The notes beneath the pieces were generated by a model. The model saw only the letters and a list, made by a program, of their open reading frames with translations. It had not been told where the DNA came from and searched no databases. Below, one piece after another: positions 11,901 through 26,500 of a stretch of DNA of 64,000 nt (its first letter is position 1; each line of letters begins with the position of its first letter). This DNA is from the human T2T-CHM13v2.0 reference genome, Homo sapiens: NCBI RefSeq assembly GCF_009914755.1, contig NC_060925.1; one strand, written 5' to 3'. A program made the position numbers and the translations under genes.

Positions 11901-13018
11901 TTAGTAAACACTCTGTTTATAAAGTCTGCAAGTGGATATTCAGACCCCTTTGAGGCCTTCGTTGGAAACGGGATTTCTTCATATTATGCTAGACAGAAGA
12001 ATTCTCAGTAACTTCCTTGTGTTGTGTGTATTCAACTGACAGAGTTGAACTTTCATTTGGAGAGAGCAGATTTGAAACACTGTTTTTGTGGAATTTGCAA
12101 GTGGAGATTTCAAGCGCTTTGGGGCCAAAGGCAGAAAAGGAAATATCTTCGTATAAAAACTAGACAGAATCATTCTCAGAAACTGCTGCGTGATGTGTGC
12201 GTTCAACTCTCAGAGTTTAACCTTTCTTTTCATTCAGCGGTTTGGAAACACTCTGTTTGTAAAGTCTGCACGTGGATATTTTGACCACTTAGAGGCCTTC
12301 GTTGGAAACGGGTTTTTTTCATGTAAGGCTAGACAGAAGAATTCCCAGTAACTTCCTTGTGTTGTGTGCATTCAACTCACAGAGTTGAACGTTCCCTTAG
12401 ACAGAGCAGATTTGAAACACTCTATTTGTGCAATTTGCAAGTGTAGTTTTCAAGCTCTTTAAGGTCAACGGCAGAAAAGGAAATATCTTCGTTTCAAAAC
12501 TAGACAGAATCATTCCCACAAACTGCGTTGTGATGTGTTCGTTCAACTCACAGAGTTTAACCTTTCTGTTCATAGAGCAGTTAGGAAACACTCTGTTTGT
12601 AAAGTCTGTAAGTGGATATTCTGACATCTTGTGGCCTTCGTTGGAAACGGGATTTCTTCATATTCTGCTAGACAGAAGAATTCTCAGTAACTTCCTTGTG
12701 TTGTGTGTATTCAACTCACAGAGTTGAACGATCCTTTACACAGAGCAGACTTGAAACACTCTTTTTGTGGAATTTGCAAGTGGAGATTTCAGCCGCTTTG
12801 AGGTCAATGGTAGAAAAGGAAACTATCTTCATATAAAGACTAGACAGAATGATTCTCAGAAAATCTTTTGTGATGTGTGCGTTCAACTCACAGAGTTTAA
12901 CTTTTCTTCTCATAGAGCAGTTAGGAAACACTCTGTTTGTAAAGTCTGCAAGTGGATATTCAGACCTCTTTGAGGCCTTCGTTGGAAACGGGATTTCTTC
13001 ATATTCTGCTAGACAGAA
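8939..13018. repeat. Two tandem copies of the dominant 2040-bp 12-mer higher-order repeat (dimers A-B-D-E-F-G)
   Basis: Identical ORF sets offset by 2040 (8997/11037, 9677/11717, 10357/12397, 10676/12716). E (GGGGCCAAAGG, CTGCTGCG) and F (GTTCCCTTAG, CTGACATCTTGTGG) are the divergent dimers; A, B, D and G are near-identical to each other. Confidence 0.92.
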
Positions 13019-15469
13019 GAATTCTCAGTAACTTCCTTGTGTTGTGTGTATTCAACTCACAGAGTTGAAGGATCCTTTACAGAGAGCAGGCTTGAAACAC
13101 TCTTTTTGTCGAATTTGCAAGTGGAGATTTCAGCCGCTTTGAGGTCAATGGTAGAATAGGAAATATCTTCTTATAGAAACTAGACAGAATGATTCTCATA
13201 AACTCCTTTGGATGTGTGCGTTCAACTCACAGAGTTTAACCTTTCTTTTCATAGAGCAGTTAGGAAACACTCTGTTTGAAAAGTCTGCAAGTGGATATTC
13301 AGACCTCCTTGAGGCCTTCGTTGGAAACGGGATTTCTTCATATTCTGCTAGACAGAAGAATTCTCAGTAACTTCCTTGTGTTGTGTTTATTCAACTCACA
13401 GAGTTGAATGATCCTTTACACAGAGCAGACTTGAAACACTCTTTTTGTGGAATTTGCAAGTGGAGATTATAGCCGCTTTGAGGTCAATGGTAGAAAAGTA
13501 AATATCTTCGTATAAAGACTAGACAGAATGATTCTCAGAAACTCCTTTGTGATGTGTGCGTTCAACTCACAGAGTTTAACCTTTCTGTTCATAGAGCAGT
13601 TAGGAAACACTCTGTTTGTAAAGTCTGCAAGTGGATATTCAGACCTCCTTGAGGCCTTCGTTGGAAACGGGATTTCTTCCTATTCTGCTAGACAGAAGAA
13701 TTCTCAGTAACTTCCTTGTGTTGTGTGTATTCAACTCACAGAGTTGAACGATCCTTTACACAGAGCAGACTTGAAACACTCTTTTTGTGGAATTTGCAAG
13801 AGGAGATTTCAGCCGCTTTGAGGTCAATAGTAGAAAAGGAAATATCTTCGTAGAAAAACTAGACAGAATGATTCTCAGAAACTCCTTTGTGATGTGTGTG
13901 TTCAACTCACAGAGTTTAACCTTTCTTTTCATAGAGCAGTTAGTAAACACTCTGTTTATAAAGTCTGCAAGTGGATATTCAGACCCCTTTGAGGCCTTCG
14001 TTGGAAACGGGATTTCTTCATATTATGCTAGACAGAAGAATTCTCAGTAACTTCCTTGTGTTGTGTGTATTCAACTGACAGAGTTGAACTTTCATTTAGA
14101 GAGAGCAGATTTGAAACACTGTTTTTGTGGAATTTGCAAGTGGAGATTTCAAGTGCTTTGAGGCCAAAGGCAGAAAAGGAAATATCTTCGTATAAAAACT
14201 AGACAGAATCATTCTCAGAAACTGCTGCGTGATGTGTGCGTTCAACTCTCAGAGTTTAACTTTTCTTTTCATTCAGCGGTTTGGAAACACTCTGTTTGTA
14301 AAGTCTGCACGTGGATATTTTGACCACTTAGAGGCCTTCGTTGGAAACGGGTTTTTTTCATGTAAGGCTAGACAGAAGAATTCCCAGTAACTTCCTTGTG
14401 TTGTGTGCATTCAACTCACAGAGTTGAACGTTCCCTTAGACAGAGCAGATTTGAAACACTCTATTTGTGCAATTTCCAAGTGTAGATTTCAAGCGCTTTA
14501 AGGTCAACGGCAGAAAAGGAAATATCTTCGTTTCAAAACTAGACAGAATCATTCCCACAAACTGCGTTGTGATGTGTTCGTTCAACTCACAGAGTTTAAC
14601 CTTTCTGTTCATAGAGCAGTTAGGAAACACTCTGTTTGTAAAGTCTGTAAGTGGATATTCTGACATCTTGTGGCCTTCGTTGGAAACGGGATTTCTTCAT
14701 ATTCTGCTAGACAGAAGAATTCTCAGTAACTTCCTTGTGTTGTGTGTATTCAACTCACAGAGTTGAACGATCCTTTACACAGAGCAGACTTGAAACACTC
14801 TTTTTGTGGAATTTGCAAGTGGAGATTTCAGCCGCTTTGAGGTCAATGGTAGAAAAGGAAACTATCTTCATATAAAGACTAGACAGAATGATTCTCAGAA
14901 AATCTTTTGTGATGTGTGCGTTCAACTCACAGAGTTTAACTTTTCTTCTCATAGAGCAGTTAGGAAACACTCTGTTTGTAAAGTCTGCAAGTGGATATTC
15001 AGACCTCTTTGAGGCCTTCGTTGGAAACGGGATTTCTTCATATTATGCTAGACAGAATAATTCTCAGTAACTTCCTTGTGTTGTGTGTATTCAACTCACA
15101 GAGTTGAAGGATCCTTTACAGAGAGCAGGCTTGAAACACTCTTTTTGTCGAATTTGCAAGTGGAGATTTCAGCCGCTTTGAGGTCAATGGTAGAATAGGA
15201 AATATCTTCTTATAGAAACTAGACAGAATGATTCTCATGAACTCCTTTGTGATGTGTGCGTTCAACTCACAGAGTTTAACCTTTCTTTTCATAGAGCAGT
15301 TAGGAAACACTCTGTTTGTAAAGTCTGCAAGTGGATATTCAGACCTCCTTGAGGCCTTCGTTGGAAACGGGATTTCATCATATTCTGCTAGACAGAAGAA
15401 TTCTCAGTAACTTCCTTGTGTTGTGTTTATTCAACTCACAGAGTTGAATGATCCTTTACACAGAGCAGA

Positions 15470-18400
15470 CTTGAAACACTCTTTTTGTGGAATTTGCAAG
15501 TGGAGATTTCAGCCGCTTTGAGGTCAATGGTAGAAAAGTAAATATCTTCGTATAAAGACTAGACAGAATGATTCTCAGAAACTCCTTTGTGATGTGTGCG
15601 TTCAACTCACAGAGTTTAACCTTTCTGTTCATAGAGCAGTTAGGAAACACTCTGTTTGTAAAGTCTGCAAGTGGATATTCAGACCTCCTTGAGGCCTTCG
15701 TTGGAAACGGGATTTCTTCATATTCTGCTAGACAGAAGAATTCTCAGTAACTTCCTTGTGTTGTGTGTATTCAACTCACAGAGTTGAACGATCCTTTACA
15801 CAGAGCAGACTTGAAACACTCTTTTTGTGGAATTTGCAAGTGGAGATTTCAGCCGCTTTGAGGTCAATGGTAGAAAAGGAAATATCTTCCTATAAAGACT
15901 AGACAGAATGATTCTCAGAAACTCCTTTGTGATGTGTGCGTTCAACTCACAGAGTTTAACCTTTCTTTTCATAGAGCAGTTAGGAAACACTCTGTTTGTA
16001 AAGTCTGCAAGTGGATATTCAGACCTCTTTGAGGCCTTCGTTGGAAACGGGATTTCTTCCTATTCTGCTAGACAGAAGAATTCTCAGTAACTTCCTTGTG
16101 TTGTGTGTATTCAACTCACAGAGTTGAACGATCCTTTACACAGAGCAGACTTGAAACACTCTTTTTGTGGAATTTGCAAGTGGAGATTTCAGCCGCTTTG
16201 AGGTCAATAGTAGAAAAGGAAATATCTTCGTAGAAAAACTAGACAGAATGATTCTCAGAAACTCCTTTGTGATGTGTGTGTTCAACTCACAGAGTTTAAC
16301 CTTTCTTTTCATAGAGCAGTTAGTAAACACTCTGTTTATAAAGTCTGCAAGTGGATATTCAGACCCCTTTGAGGCCTTCGTTGGAAACGGGATTTCTTCA
16401 TATTATGCTAGACAGAAGAATTCTCAGTAACTTCCTTGTGTTGTGTGTATTCAACTGACAGAGTTGAACTTTCATTTAGAGAGAGCAGATTTGAAACACT
16501 GTTTTTGTGGAATTTGCAAGTGGAGATTTCAAGCGCTTTGGGGCCAAAGGCAGAAAAGGAAATATCTTCGTATAAAAACTAGACAGAATCATTCTCAGAA
16601 ACTGCTGCGTGATGTGTGCGTTCAACTCTCAGAGTTTAACTTTTCTTTTCATTCAGCGGTTTGGAAACACTATGTTTGTAAAGTCTGCACGTGGATATTT
16701 TGACCACTTAGAGGCCTTCGTTGGAAACGGGTTTTTTTCATGTAAGGCTAGACAGAAGAATTCCCAGTAACTTCCTTGTGTTGTGTGCATTCAACTCACA
16801 GAGTTGAACGTTCCCTTAGACAGAGCAGATTTGAAACACTCTATTTGTGCAATTTGCAAGTGTAGATTTCAAGCGCTTTAAGGTCAACGGCAGAAAAGGA
16901 AATATCTTCGTTTCAAAACTAGACAGAATCATTCCCACAAACTGCGTTGTGATGTGTTCGTTCAACTCACAGAGTTTAACCTTTCTGTTCATAGAGCAGT
17001 TAGGAAACACTCTGTTTGTAAAGTCTGTAAGTGGATATTCTGACATCTTGTGGCCTTCGTTGGAAACGGGATTTCTTCATATTCTGCTAGACAGAAGAAT
17101 TCTCAGTAACTTCCTTGTGTTGTGTGTATTCAACTCACAGAGTTGAACGATCCTTTACACAGAGCAGACTTGAAACACTCTTTTTGTGGAATTTGCAAGT
17201 GGAGATTTCAGCCGCTTTGAGGTCAATGGTAGAAAAGGAAACTATCTTCATATAAAGACTAGACAGAATGATTCTCAGAAAATCTTTTGTGATGTGTGCG
17301 TTCAACTCACAGAGTTTAACTTTTCTTCTCATAGAGCAGTTAGGAAACACTCTGTTTGTAAAGTCTGCAAGTGGATATTCAGACCTCTTTGAGGCCTTCG
17401 TTGGAAACGGGATTTCTTCATATTATGCTAGACAGAATAATTCTCAGTAACTTCCTTGTGTTGTGTGTATTCAACTCACAGAGTTGAAGGATCCTTTACA
17501 GAGAGCAGGCTTGAAACACTCTTTTTGTCGAATTTGCAAGTGGAGATTTCAGCCGCTTTGAGGTCAATGGTAGAATAGGAAATATCTTCTTATAGAAACT
17601 AGACAGAATGATTCTCATGAACTCCTTTGTGATGTGTGCGTTCAACTCACAGAGTTTAACCTTTCTTTTCATAGAGCAGTTAGGAAACACTCTGTTTGTA
17701 AAGTCTGCAAGTGGATATTCAGACCTCCTTGAGGCCTTCGTTGGAAACGGGATTTCTTCATATTCTGCTAGACAGAAGAATTCTCAGTAACTTCCTTGTG
17801 TTGTGTTTATTCAACTCACAGAGTTGAATGATCCTTTACACAGAGCAGACTTGAAACACTCTTTTTGTGGAATTTGCAAGTGGAGATTTCAGCCGCTTTG
17901 AGGTCAATGGTAGAAAAGTAAACATCTTCGTATAAAGACTAGACAGAATGATTCTCAGAAACTCCTTTGTGATGTGTGCGTTCAACTCACAGAGTTTAAC
18001 CTTTCTGTTCATAGAGCAGTTAGGAAACACTCTGTTTGTAAAGTCTGCAAGTGGATATTCAGACCTCCTTGAGGCCTTCGTTGGAAACGGGATTTCTTCA
18101 TCTTCTGCTAGATAGAAGAATTCTCAGTAACTTCCTTGTGTTGTGTGTATTCAACTCACAGAGTTGAACGATACTTTACACAGAGCAGACTTGAAACACT
18201 CTTTTTGTGGAATTTGCAAGTGGAGATTTCAGCCGCTTTGAGGTCAATGGTAGAAAAGGAAACTATCTTCATATAAAGACTAGACTGAATGATTCTCAGA
18301 AAATCTTTTGTGATGTGTGCGTTCAGCTCACAGAGTTTAACTTTTCTTCTCATAGAGCAGTTAGGAAACACTCTGTTTGTAAAGTCTGCAAGTGGATATT

Positions 18401-21400
18401 CAGACCTCTTTGAGGCCTTCGTTGGAAACGGGATTTCTTCATATTATGCTAGACAGAATAATTCTCAGTAACTTCCTTGTGTTGTGTGTATTCAACTGAC
18501 AGAGTTGAAGGATCCTTTACAGACAGCAGGCTTGAAACACTCTTTTTGTCGAATTTGCAAGTGGAGATTTCAGCCGCTTTGAGGTCAATGGTAGAATAGG
18601 AAATATCTTCTTATAGAAACTAGACAAAATGATTCTCATGAACTCCTTTGTGATGTGTGCGTTCAACTCACAGAGTTTAACCTTTCTTTTCATAGAGCAG
18701 TTAGGAAACACTCTGTTTGTAAAGTCTGCAAGTGGATATTCAGACCTCCTTGAGGCCTTCGTTGGAAACGGGATTTCTTCATATTCTGCTAGACAGAAGA
18801 ATTCTCAGTAACTTCCTTGTGTTGTGTTTATTCAACTCACAGAGTTGAATGATCCTTTACACAGAGCAAACTTGAAACACTCTTTTTGTGGAATTTGCAA
18901 GTGGAGATTTCAGCCGCTTTGAGGTCAATGGTAGAAAAGTAAATATCTTCGTATAAAGACTAGACAGAATGATTCTCAGAAACTCCTTTGTGATGTGTGC
19001 GTTCAACTCACAGAGTTTAACCTTTCTGTTCATAGAGCAGTTAGGAAACACTCTGTTTGTAAAGTCTGCAAGTGGATATTCAGACCTCCTTGAGGCCTTC
19101 GTTGGAAACGGGATTTCTTCATATTCTGCTAGACAGAAGAATTCTCAGTAACTTCCTTGTGTTGTGTGTATTCAACTCACAGAGTTGAACGATCCTTTAC
19201 ACAGAGCAGACTTGAAACACTCTTTTTGTGGAATTTGCAAGTGGAGATTTCAGCCGCTTTGAGGTCAATGGTAGAAAAGGAAATATCTTCCTATAAAGAC
19301 TAGACAGAATGATTCTCAGAAACTCCTTTGTGATGTGTGCGTTCAACTCACAGAGTTTAACCTTTCTTTTCATAGAGCAGTTAGGAAACACTCTGTTTGT
19401 AAAGTCTGCAAGTGGATATTCAGACCTCTTTGAGGCCTTCGTTGGAAACGGGATTTCTTCCTATTCTGCTAGACAGAAGAATTCTCAGTAACTTCCTTGT
19501 GTTGTGTGTATTCAACTCACAGAGTTGAACGATCCTTTACACAGAGCAGACTTGAAACACTCTTTTTGTGGAATTTGCAAGTGGAGATTTCAGCCGCTTT
19601 GAGGTCAATAGTAGAAAAGGAAATATCTTCGTAGAAAAACTAGACAGAATGATTCTCAGAAACTCCTTTGTGATGTGTGTGTTCAACTCACAGAGTTTAA
19701 CCTTTCTTTTCATAGAGCAGTTAGTAAACACTCTGTTTATAAAGTCTGCAAGTGGATATTCAGACCCCTTTGAGGCCTTCGTTGGAAACGGGATTTCTTC
19801 ATATTATGCTAGACAGAAGAATTCTCAGTAACTTCCTTGTGTTGTGTGTATTCAACTGACAGAGTTGAACTTTCATTTAGAGAGAGCAGATTTGAAACAC
19901 TGTTTTTGTGGAATTTGCAAGTGGAGATTTCAAGCGCTTTGGGGCCAAAGGCAGAAAAGGAAATATCTTCGTATAAAAACTAGACAGAATCATTCTCAGA
20001 AACTGCTGCGTGATGTGTGCGTTCAACTCTCAGAGTTTAACTTTTCTTTTCATTCAGCGGTTTGGAAACACTATGTTTGTAAAGTCTGCACGTGGATATT
20101 TTGACCACTTAGAGGCCTTCGTTGGAAACGGGTTTTTTTCATGTAAGGCTAGACAGAAGAATTCCCAGTAACTTCCTTGTGTTGTGTGCATTCAACTCAC
20201 AGAGTTGAACGTTCCCTTAGACAGAGCAGATTTGAAACACTCTATTTGTGCAATTTGCAAGTGTAGATTTCAAGCGCTTTAAGGTCAACGGCAGAAAAGG
20301 AAATATCTTCGTTTCAAAACTAGACAGAATCATTCCCACAAACTGCGTTGTGATGTGTTCGTTCAACTCACAGAGTTTAACCTTTCTGTTCATAGAGCAG
20401 TTAGGAAACACTCTGTTTGTAAAGTCTGTAAGTGGATATTCTGACATCTTGTGGCCTTCGTTGGAAACGGGATTTCTTCATATTCTGCTAGACAGAAGAA
20501 TTCTCAGTAACTTCCTTGTGTTGTGTGTATTCAACTCACAGAGTTGAACGATCCTTTACACAGAGCAGACTTGAAACACTCTTTTTGTGGAATTTGCAAG
20601 TGGAGATTTCAGCCGCTTTGAGGTCAATGGTAGAAAAGGAAACTATCTTCATATAAAGACTAGACAGAATGATTCTCAGAAAATCTTTTGTGATGTGTGC
20701 GTTCAACTCACAGAGTTTAACTTTTCTTCTCATAGAGCAGTTAGGAAACACTCTGTTTGTAAAGTCTGCAAGTGGATATTCAGACCTCTTTGAGGCCTTC
20801 GTTGGAAACGGGATTTCTTCATATTATGCTAGACAGAATAATTCTCAGTAACTTCCTTGTGTTGTGTGTATTCAACTCACAGAGTTGAAGGATCCTTTAC
20901 AGAGAGCAGGCTTGAAACACTCTTTTTGTCGAATTTGCAAGTGGAGATTTCAGCCGCTTTGAGGTCAATGGTAGAATAGGAAATATCTTCTTATAGAAAC
21001 TAGACAGAATGATTCTCATGAACTCCTTTGTGATGTGTGCGTTCAACTCACAGAGTTTAACCTTTCTTTTCATAGAGCAGTTAGGAAACACTCTGTTTGT
21101 AAAGTCTGCAAGTGGATATTCAGACCTCCTTGAGGCCTTCGTTGGAAACGGGATTTCTTCATATTCTGCTAGACAGAAGAATTCTCAGTAACTTCCTTGT
21201 GTTGTGTTTATTCAACTCACAGAGTTGAATGATCCTTTACACAGAGCAGACTTGAAACACTCTTTTTGTGGAATTTGCAAGTGGAGATTTCAGCCGCTTT
21301 GAGGTCAATGGTAGAAAAGTAAATATCTTCGTATAAAGACTAGACAGAATGATTCTCAGAAACTCCTTTGTGATGTGTGCGTTCAACTCACAGAGTTTAA

Positions 21401-22670
21401 CCTTTCTGTTCATAGAGCAGTTAGGAAACACTCTGTTTGTAAAGTCTGCAAGTGGATATTCAGACCTCCTTGAGGCCTTCGTTGGAAACGGGATTTCTTC
21501 ATCTTCTGCTAGACAGAAGAATTCTCAGTAACTTCCTTGTGTTGTGTGTATTCAACTCACAGAGTTGAACGATACTTTACACAGAGCAGACTTGAAACAC
21601 TCTTTTTGTGGAATTTGCAAGTGGAGATTTCAGCCGCTTTGAGGTCAATGGTAGAAAAGGAAACTATCTTCATATAAAGACTAGACTGAATGATTCTCAG
21701 AAAATCTTTTGTGATGTGTGCGTTCAGCTCACAGAGTTTAACTTTTCTTCTCATAGAGCAGTTAGGAAACACTCTGTTTGTAAAGTCTGCAAGTGGATAT
21801 TCAGACCTCTTTGAGGCCTTCGTTGGAAACGGGATTTCTTCATATTATGCTAGACAGAATAATTCTCAGTAACTTCCTTGTGTTGTGTGTATTCAACTGA
21901 CAGAGTTGAAGGATCCTTTACAGACAGCAGGCTTGAAACACTCTTTTTGTCGAATTTGCAAGTGGAGATTTCAGCCGCTTTGAGGTCAATGGTAGAATAG
22001 GAAATATCTTCTTATAGAAACTAGACAAAATGATTCTCATGAACTCCTTTGTGATGTGTGCGTTCAACTCACAGAGTTTAACCTTTCTTTTCATAGAGCA
22101 GTTAGGAAACACTCTGTTTGTAAAGTCTGCAAGTGGATATTCAGACCTCCTTGAGGCCTTCGTTGGAAACGGGATTTCTTCATATTCTGCTAGACAGAAG
22201 AATTCTCAGTAACTTCCTTGTGTTGTGTTTATTCAACTCACAGAGTTGAATGATCCTTTACACAGAGCAAACTTGAAACACTCTTTTTGTGGAATTTGCA
22301 AGTGGAGATTTCAGCCGCTTTGAGGTCAATGGTAGAAAAGTAAATATCTTCGTATAAAGACTAGACAGAATGATTCTCAGAAACTCCTTTGTGATGTGTG
22401 CGTTCAACTCACAGAGTTTAACCTTTCTGTTCATAGAGCAGTTAGGAAACACTCTGTTTGTAAAGTCTGCAAGTGGATATTCAGACCTCCTTGAGGCCTT
22501 CGTTGGAAACGGGATTTCTTCATATTCTGCTAGACAGAAGAATTCTCAGTAACTTCCTTGTGTTGTGTGTATTCAACTCACAGAGTTGAACGATCCTTTA
22601 CACAGAGCAGACTTGAAACACTCTTTTTGTGGAATTTGCAAGTGGAGATTTCAGCCGCTTTGAGGTCAAT
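15470..22670. repeat. 3401-bp (20-monomer) tandem duplication
   Basis: Private markers recur at +3401: C2 dimer 15796/19197, ACTATGTTTG 16672/20073, G' dimer (GACTGAAT, TTCAGCTC) 18156/21557, GAGCAAAC 18869/22270. Confidence 0.85.
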
Positions 22671-23558
22671 GGTAGAAAAGGAAATATCTTCGTAGAAAAA
22701 CTAGACAGAATGATTCTCAGAAACTCCTTTGTGATGTGTGTGTTTAACTCACAGAGTTTAACCTTTCTTTTCATAGAGCAGTTAGTAAACACTCTGTTTA
22801 TAAATTCTGCATGTGGATATTCAGACCCCTTTGAGGCCTTCGTTGGAAACGGGATTTCTTCATATTATGCTAGACAGAAGAATTCTCAGTAACTTCCTTG
22901 TGTTGTGTGTATTCAACTGACAGAGTTGAACTTTCATTTGGAGAGAGCAGATTTGAAACACTGTTTTTGTGGAATTTGCAAGTGGAGATTTCAAGCGCTT
23001 TGGGGCCAAAGGCAGAAAAGGTAATATCTTCGTATAAAAACTAGACAGAATCATTCTCAGAAACTGCTGCGTGATGTGTGCGTTCAACTCTCAGAGTTTA
23101 ACTTTTCTTTTCATTCAGCGGTTTGGAAACACTCTGTTTGTAAAGTCTGCACGTGGATATTTTGAACACTTAGAGGCCTTCGTTGGAAACGGGTTTTTTT
23201 CATGTAAGGCTAGACAGAAGAATTCCCAGTAACTTCCTTGTGTTGTGTGCATTCAACTCACAGAGTTGAACGTTCCCTTAGACAGAGCAGATTTGAAACA
23301 CTCTATTTGTGCAATTTGCAAGTGTAGATTTCAAGCGCTTTAAGGTCAACGGCAGAAAAGGAAATATCTTCGTTTCAAAACTAGACAGAATCATTCCCAC
23401 AAACTGCGTTGTGATGTGTTCGTTCAACTCACAGAGTTTAACCTTTCTGTTCATAGAGCAGTTAGGAAACACTCTGTTTGTAAAGTCTGTAAGTGGATAT
23501 TCTGACATCTTGTGGCCTTCGTTGGAAACGGGATTTCTTCATATTCTGCTAGACAGAA

Positions 23559-26500
23559 GAATTCTCAGTAACTTCCTTGTGTTGTGTGTATTCAACTCAC
23601 AGAGTTGAAGGATCCTTTACAGAGAGCAGGCTTGAAACACTCTTTTTGTCGAATTTGCAAGTGGAGATTTCAGCCGCTTTGAGGTCAATGGTAGAATAGG
23701 AAATATCTTCTTATAGAAACTAGACAAAATGATTCTCATGAACTCCTTTGTGATGTGTGCGTTCAACTCACAGAGTTTAACCTTTCTTTTCATAGAGCAG
23801 TTAGGAAACACTCTGTTTGTAAAGTCTGCAAGTGGATATTCAGACCTCCTTGAGGCCTTCGTTGGAAACGGGATTTCTTCATATTCTGCTAGACAGAAGA
23901 ATTCTCAGTAACTTCCTTGTGTTGTGTTTATTCAACTCACAGAGTTGAATGATCCTTTACACAGAGCAGACTTGAAACACTCTTTTTGTGGAATTTGCAA
24001 GTGGAGATTTCAGCCGCTTTGAGGTCAATGGTAGAAAAGTAAATATCTTCGTATAAAGACTAGACAGAATGATTCTCAGAAACTCCTTTGTGATGTGTGC
24101 GTTCAACTCACAGAGTTTAACCTTTCTGTTCATAGAGCAGTTAGGAAACACTCTGTTTGTAAAGTCTGCAAGTGGATATTCAGACCTCCTTGAGGCCTTC
24201 GTTGGAAACGGGATTTCTTCATATTCTGCTAGACAGAAGAATTCTCAGTAACTTCCTTGTGTTGTGTGTATTCAACTCACAGAGTTGAACGATACTTTAC
24301 ACAGAGCAGACTTGAAACACTCTTTTTGTGGAATTTGCAAGTGGAGATTTCAGCCGCTTTGAGGTCAATGGTAGAAAAGGAAATATCTTCGTATAAAGAC
24401 TAGACAGAATGATTCTCAGAAACTCCTTTGTGATGTGTGCGTTCAACTCACAGAGTTTAACTTTTCTTTTCAAAGAGCAGTTAGGAAACACTCTGTTTGT
24501 AAAGTCTGCAAGTGGATATTCAGACCTCCTTGAGGCCTTCGTTGGAAACGGGATTTCTTCATATTCTGCTAGACAGAAGAATTCTCAGTAACTTCCTTGT
24601 GTTGTGTGTATTCAACTCACAGAGTTGAACGATCCTTTACACAGAGCAGACTTGAAACACTCTTTTTGTGGAATTTGCAAGAGGAGATTTCAGCCGCTTT
24701 GAGGTCAATAGTAGAAAAGGAAACATCTTCGTAGAAAAACTAGACAGAATGATTCTCAGAAACTCCTTTGTGATGTGTGTGTTCAACTCACAGAGTTTAA
24801 CCTTTCTTTTCATAGAGCAGTTAGTAAACACTCTGTTTATAAAGTCTGCAAGTGGATATTCAGACCCCTTTGAGGCCTTCGTTGGAAACGGGATTTCTTC
24901 ATATTATGCTAGACAGAAGAATTCTCAGTAACTTCCTTGTGTTGTGTGTATTCAACTGACAGAGTTGAACTTTCATTTGGAGAGAGCAGATTTGAAACAC
25001 TGTTTTTGTGGAATTTGCAAGTGGAGATTTCAAGCGCTTTGGGGCCAAAGGCAGAAAAGGAAATATCTTCGTATAAAAACTAGACAGAATCATTCTCAGA
25101 AACTGCTGCGTGATGTGTGCGTTCAACTCTCAGAGTTTAACCTTTCTTTTCATTCAGCGGTTTGGAAACACTCTGTTTGTAAAGTCTGCACGTGGATATT
25201 TTGACCACTTAGAGGCCTTCGTTGGAAACGGGTTTTTTTCATGTAAGGCTAGACAGAAGAATTCCCAGTAACTTCCTTGTGTTGTGTGCATTCAACTCAC
25301 AGAGTTGAACGTTCCCTTAGACAGAGCAGATTTGAAACACTCTATTTGTGCAATTTGCAAGTGTAGTTTTCAAGCTCTTTAAGGTCAACGGCAGAAAAGG
25401 AAATATCTTCGTTTCAAAACTAGACAGAATCATTCCCACAAACTGCGTTGTGATGTGTTCGTTCAACTCACAGAGTTTAACCTTTCTGTTCATAGAGCAG
25501 TTAGGAAACACTCTGTTTGTAAAGTCTGTAAGTGGATATTCTGACATCTTGTGGCCTTCGTTGGAAACGGGATTTCTTCATATTCTGCTAGACAGAAGAA
25601 TTCTCAGTAACTTCCTTGTGTTGTGTGTATTCAACTCACAGAGTTGAACGATCCTTTACACAGAGCAGACTTGAAACACTCTTTTTGTGGAATTTGCAAG
25701 TGGAGATTTCAGCCGCTTTGAGGTCAATGGTAGAAAAGGAAACTATCTTCATATAAAGACTAGACAGAATGATTCTCAGAAAATCTTTTGTGATGTGTGC
25801 GTTCAACTCACAGAGTTTAACTTTTCTTCTCATAGAGCAGTTAGGAAACACTCTGTTTGTAAAGTCTGCAAGTGGATATTCAGACCTCTTTGAGGCCTTC
25901 GTTGGAAACGGGATTTCTTCATATTCTGCTAGACAGAAGAATTCTCAGTAACTTCCTTGTGTTGTGTGTATTCAACTCACAGAGTTGAAGGATCCTTTAC
26001 AGAGAGCAGGCTTGAAACACTCTTTTTGTCGAATTTGCAAGTGGAGATTTCAGCCGCTTTGAGGTCAATGGTAGAATAGGAAATATCTTCTTATAGAAAC
26101 TAGACAGAATGATTCTCATAAACTCCTTTGTGATGTGTGCGTTCAACTCACAGAGTTTAACCTTTCTTTTCATAGAGCAGTTAGGAAACACTCTGTTTGT
26201 AAAGTCTGCAAGTGGATATTCAGACCTCCTTGAGGCCTTCGTTGGAAACGGGATTTCTTCATATTCTGCTAGACAGAAGAATTCTCAGTAACTTCCTTGT
26301 GTTGTGTTTATTCAACTCACAGAGTTGAATGATCCTTTACACAGAGCAGACTTGAAACACTCTTTTTGTGGAATTTGCAAGTGGAGATTTCAGCCGCTTT
26401 GAGGTCAATGGTAGAAAAGTAAATATCTTCGTATAAAGACTAGACAGAATGATTCTCAGAAACTCCTTTGTGATGTGTGCGTTCAACTCACAGAGTTTAA

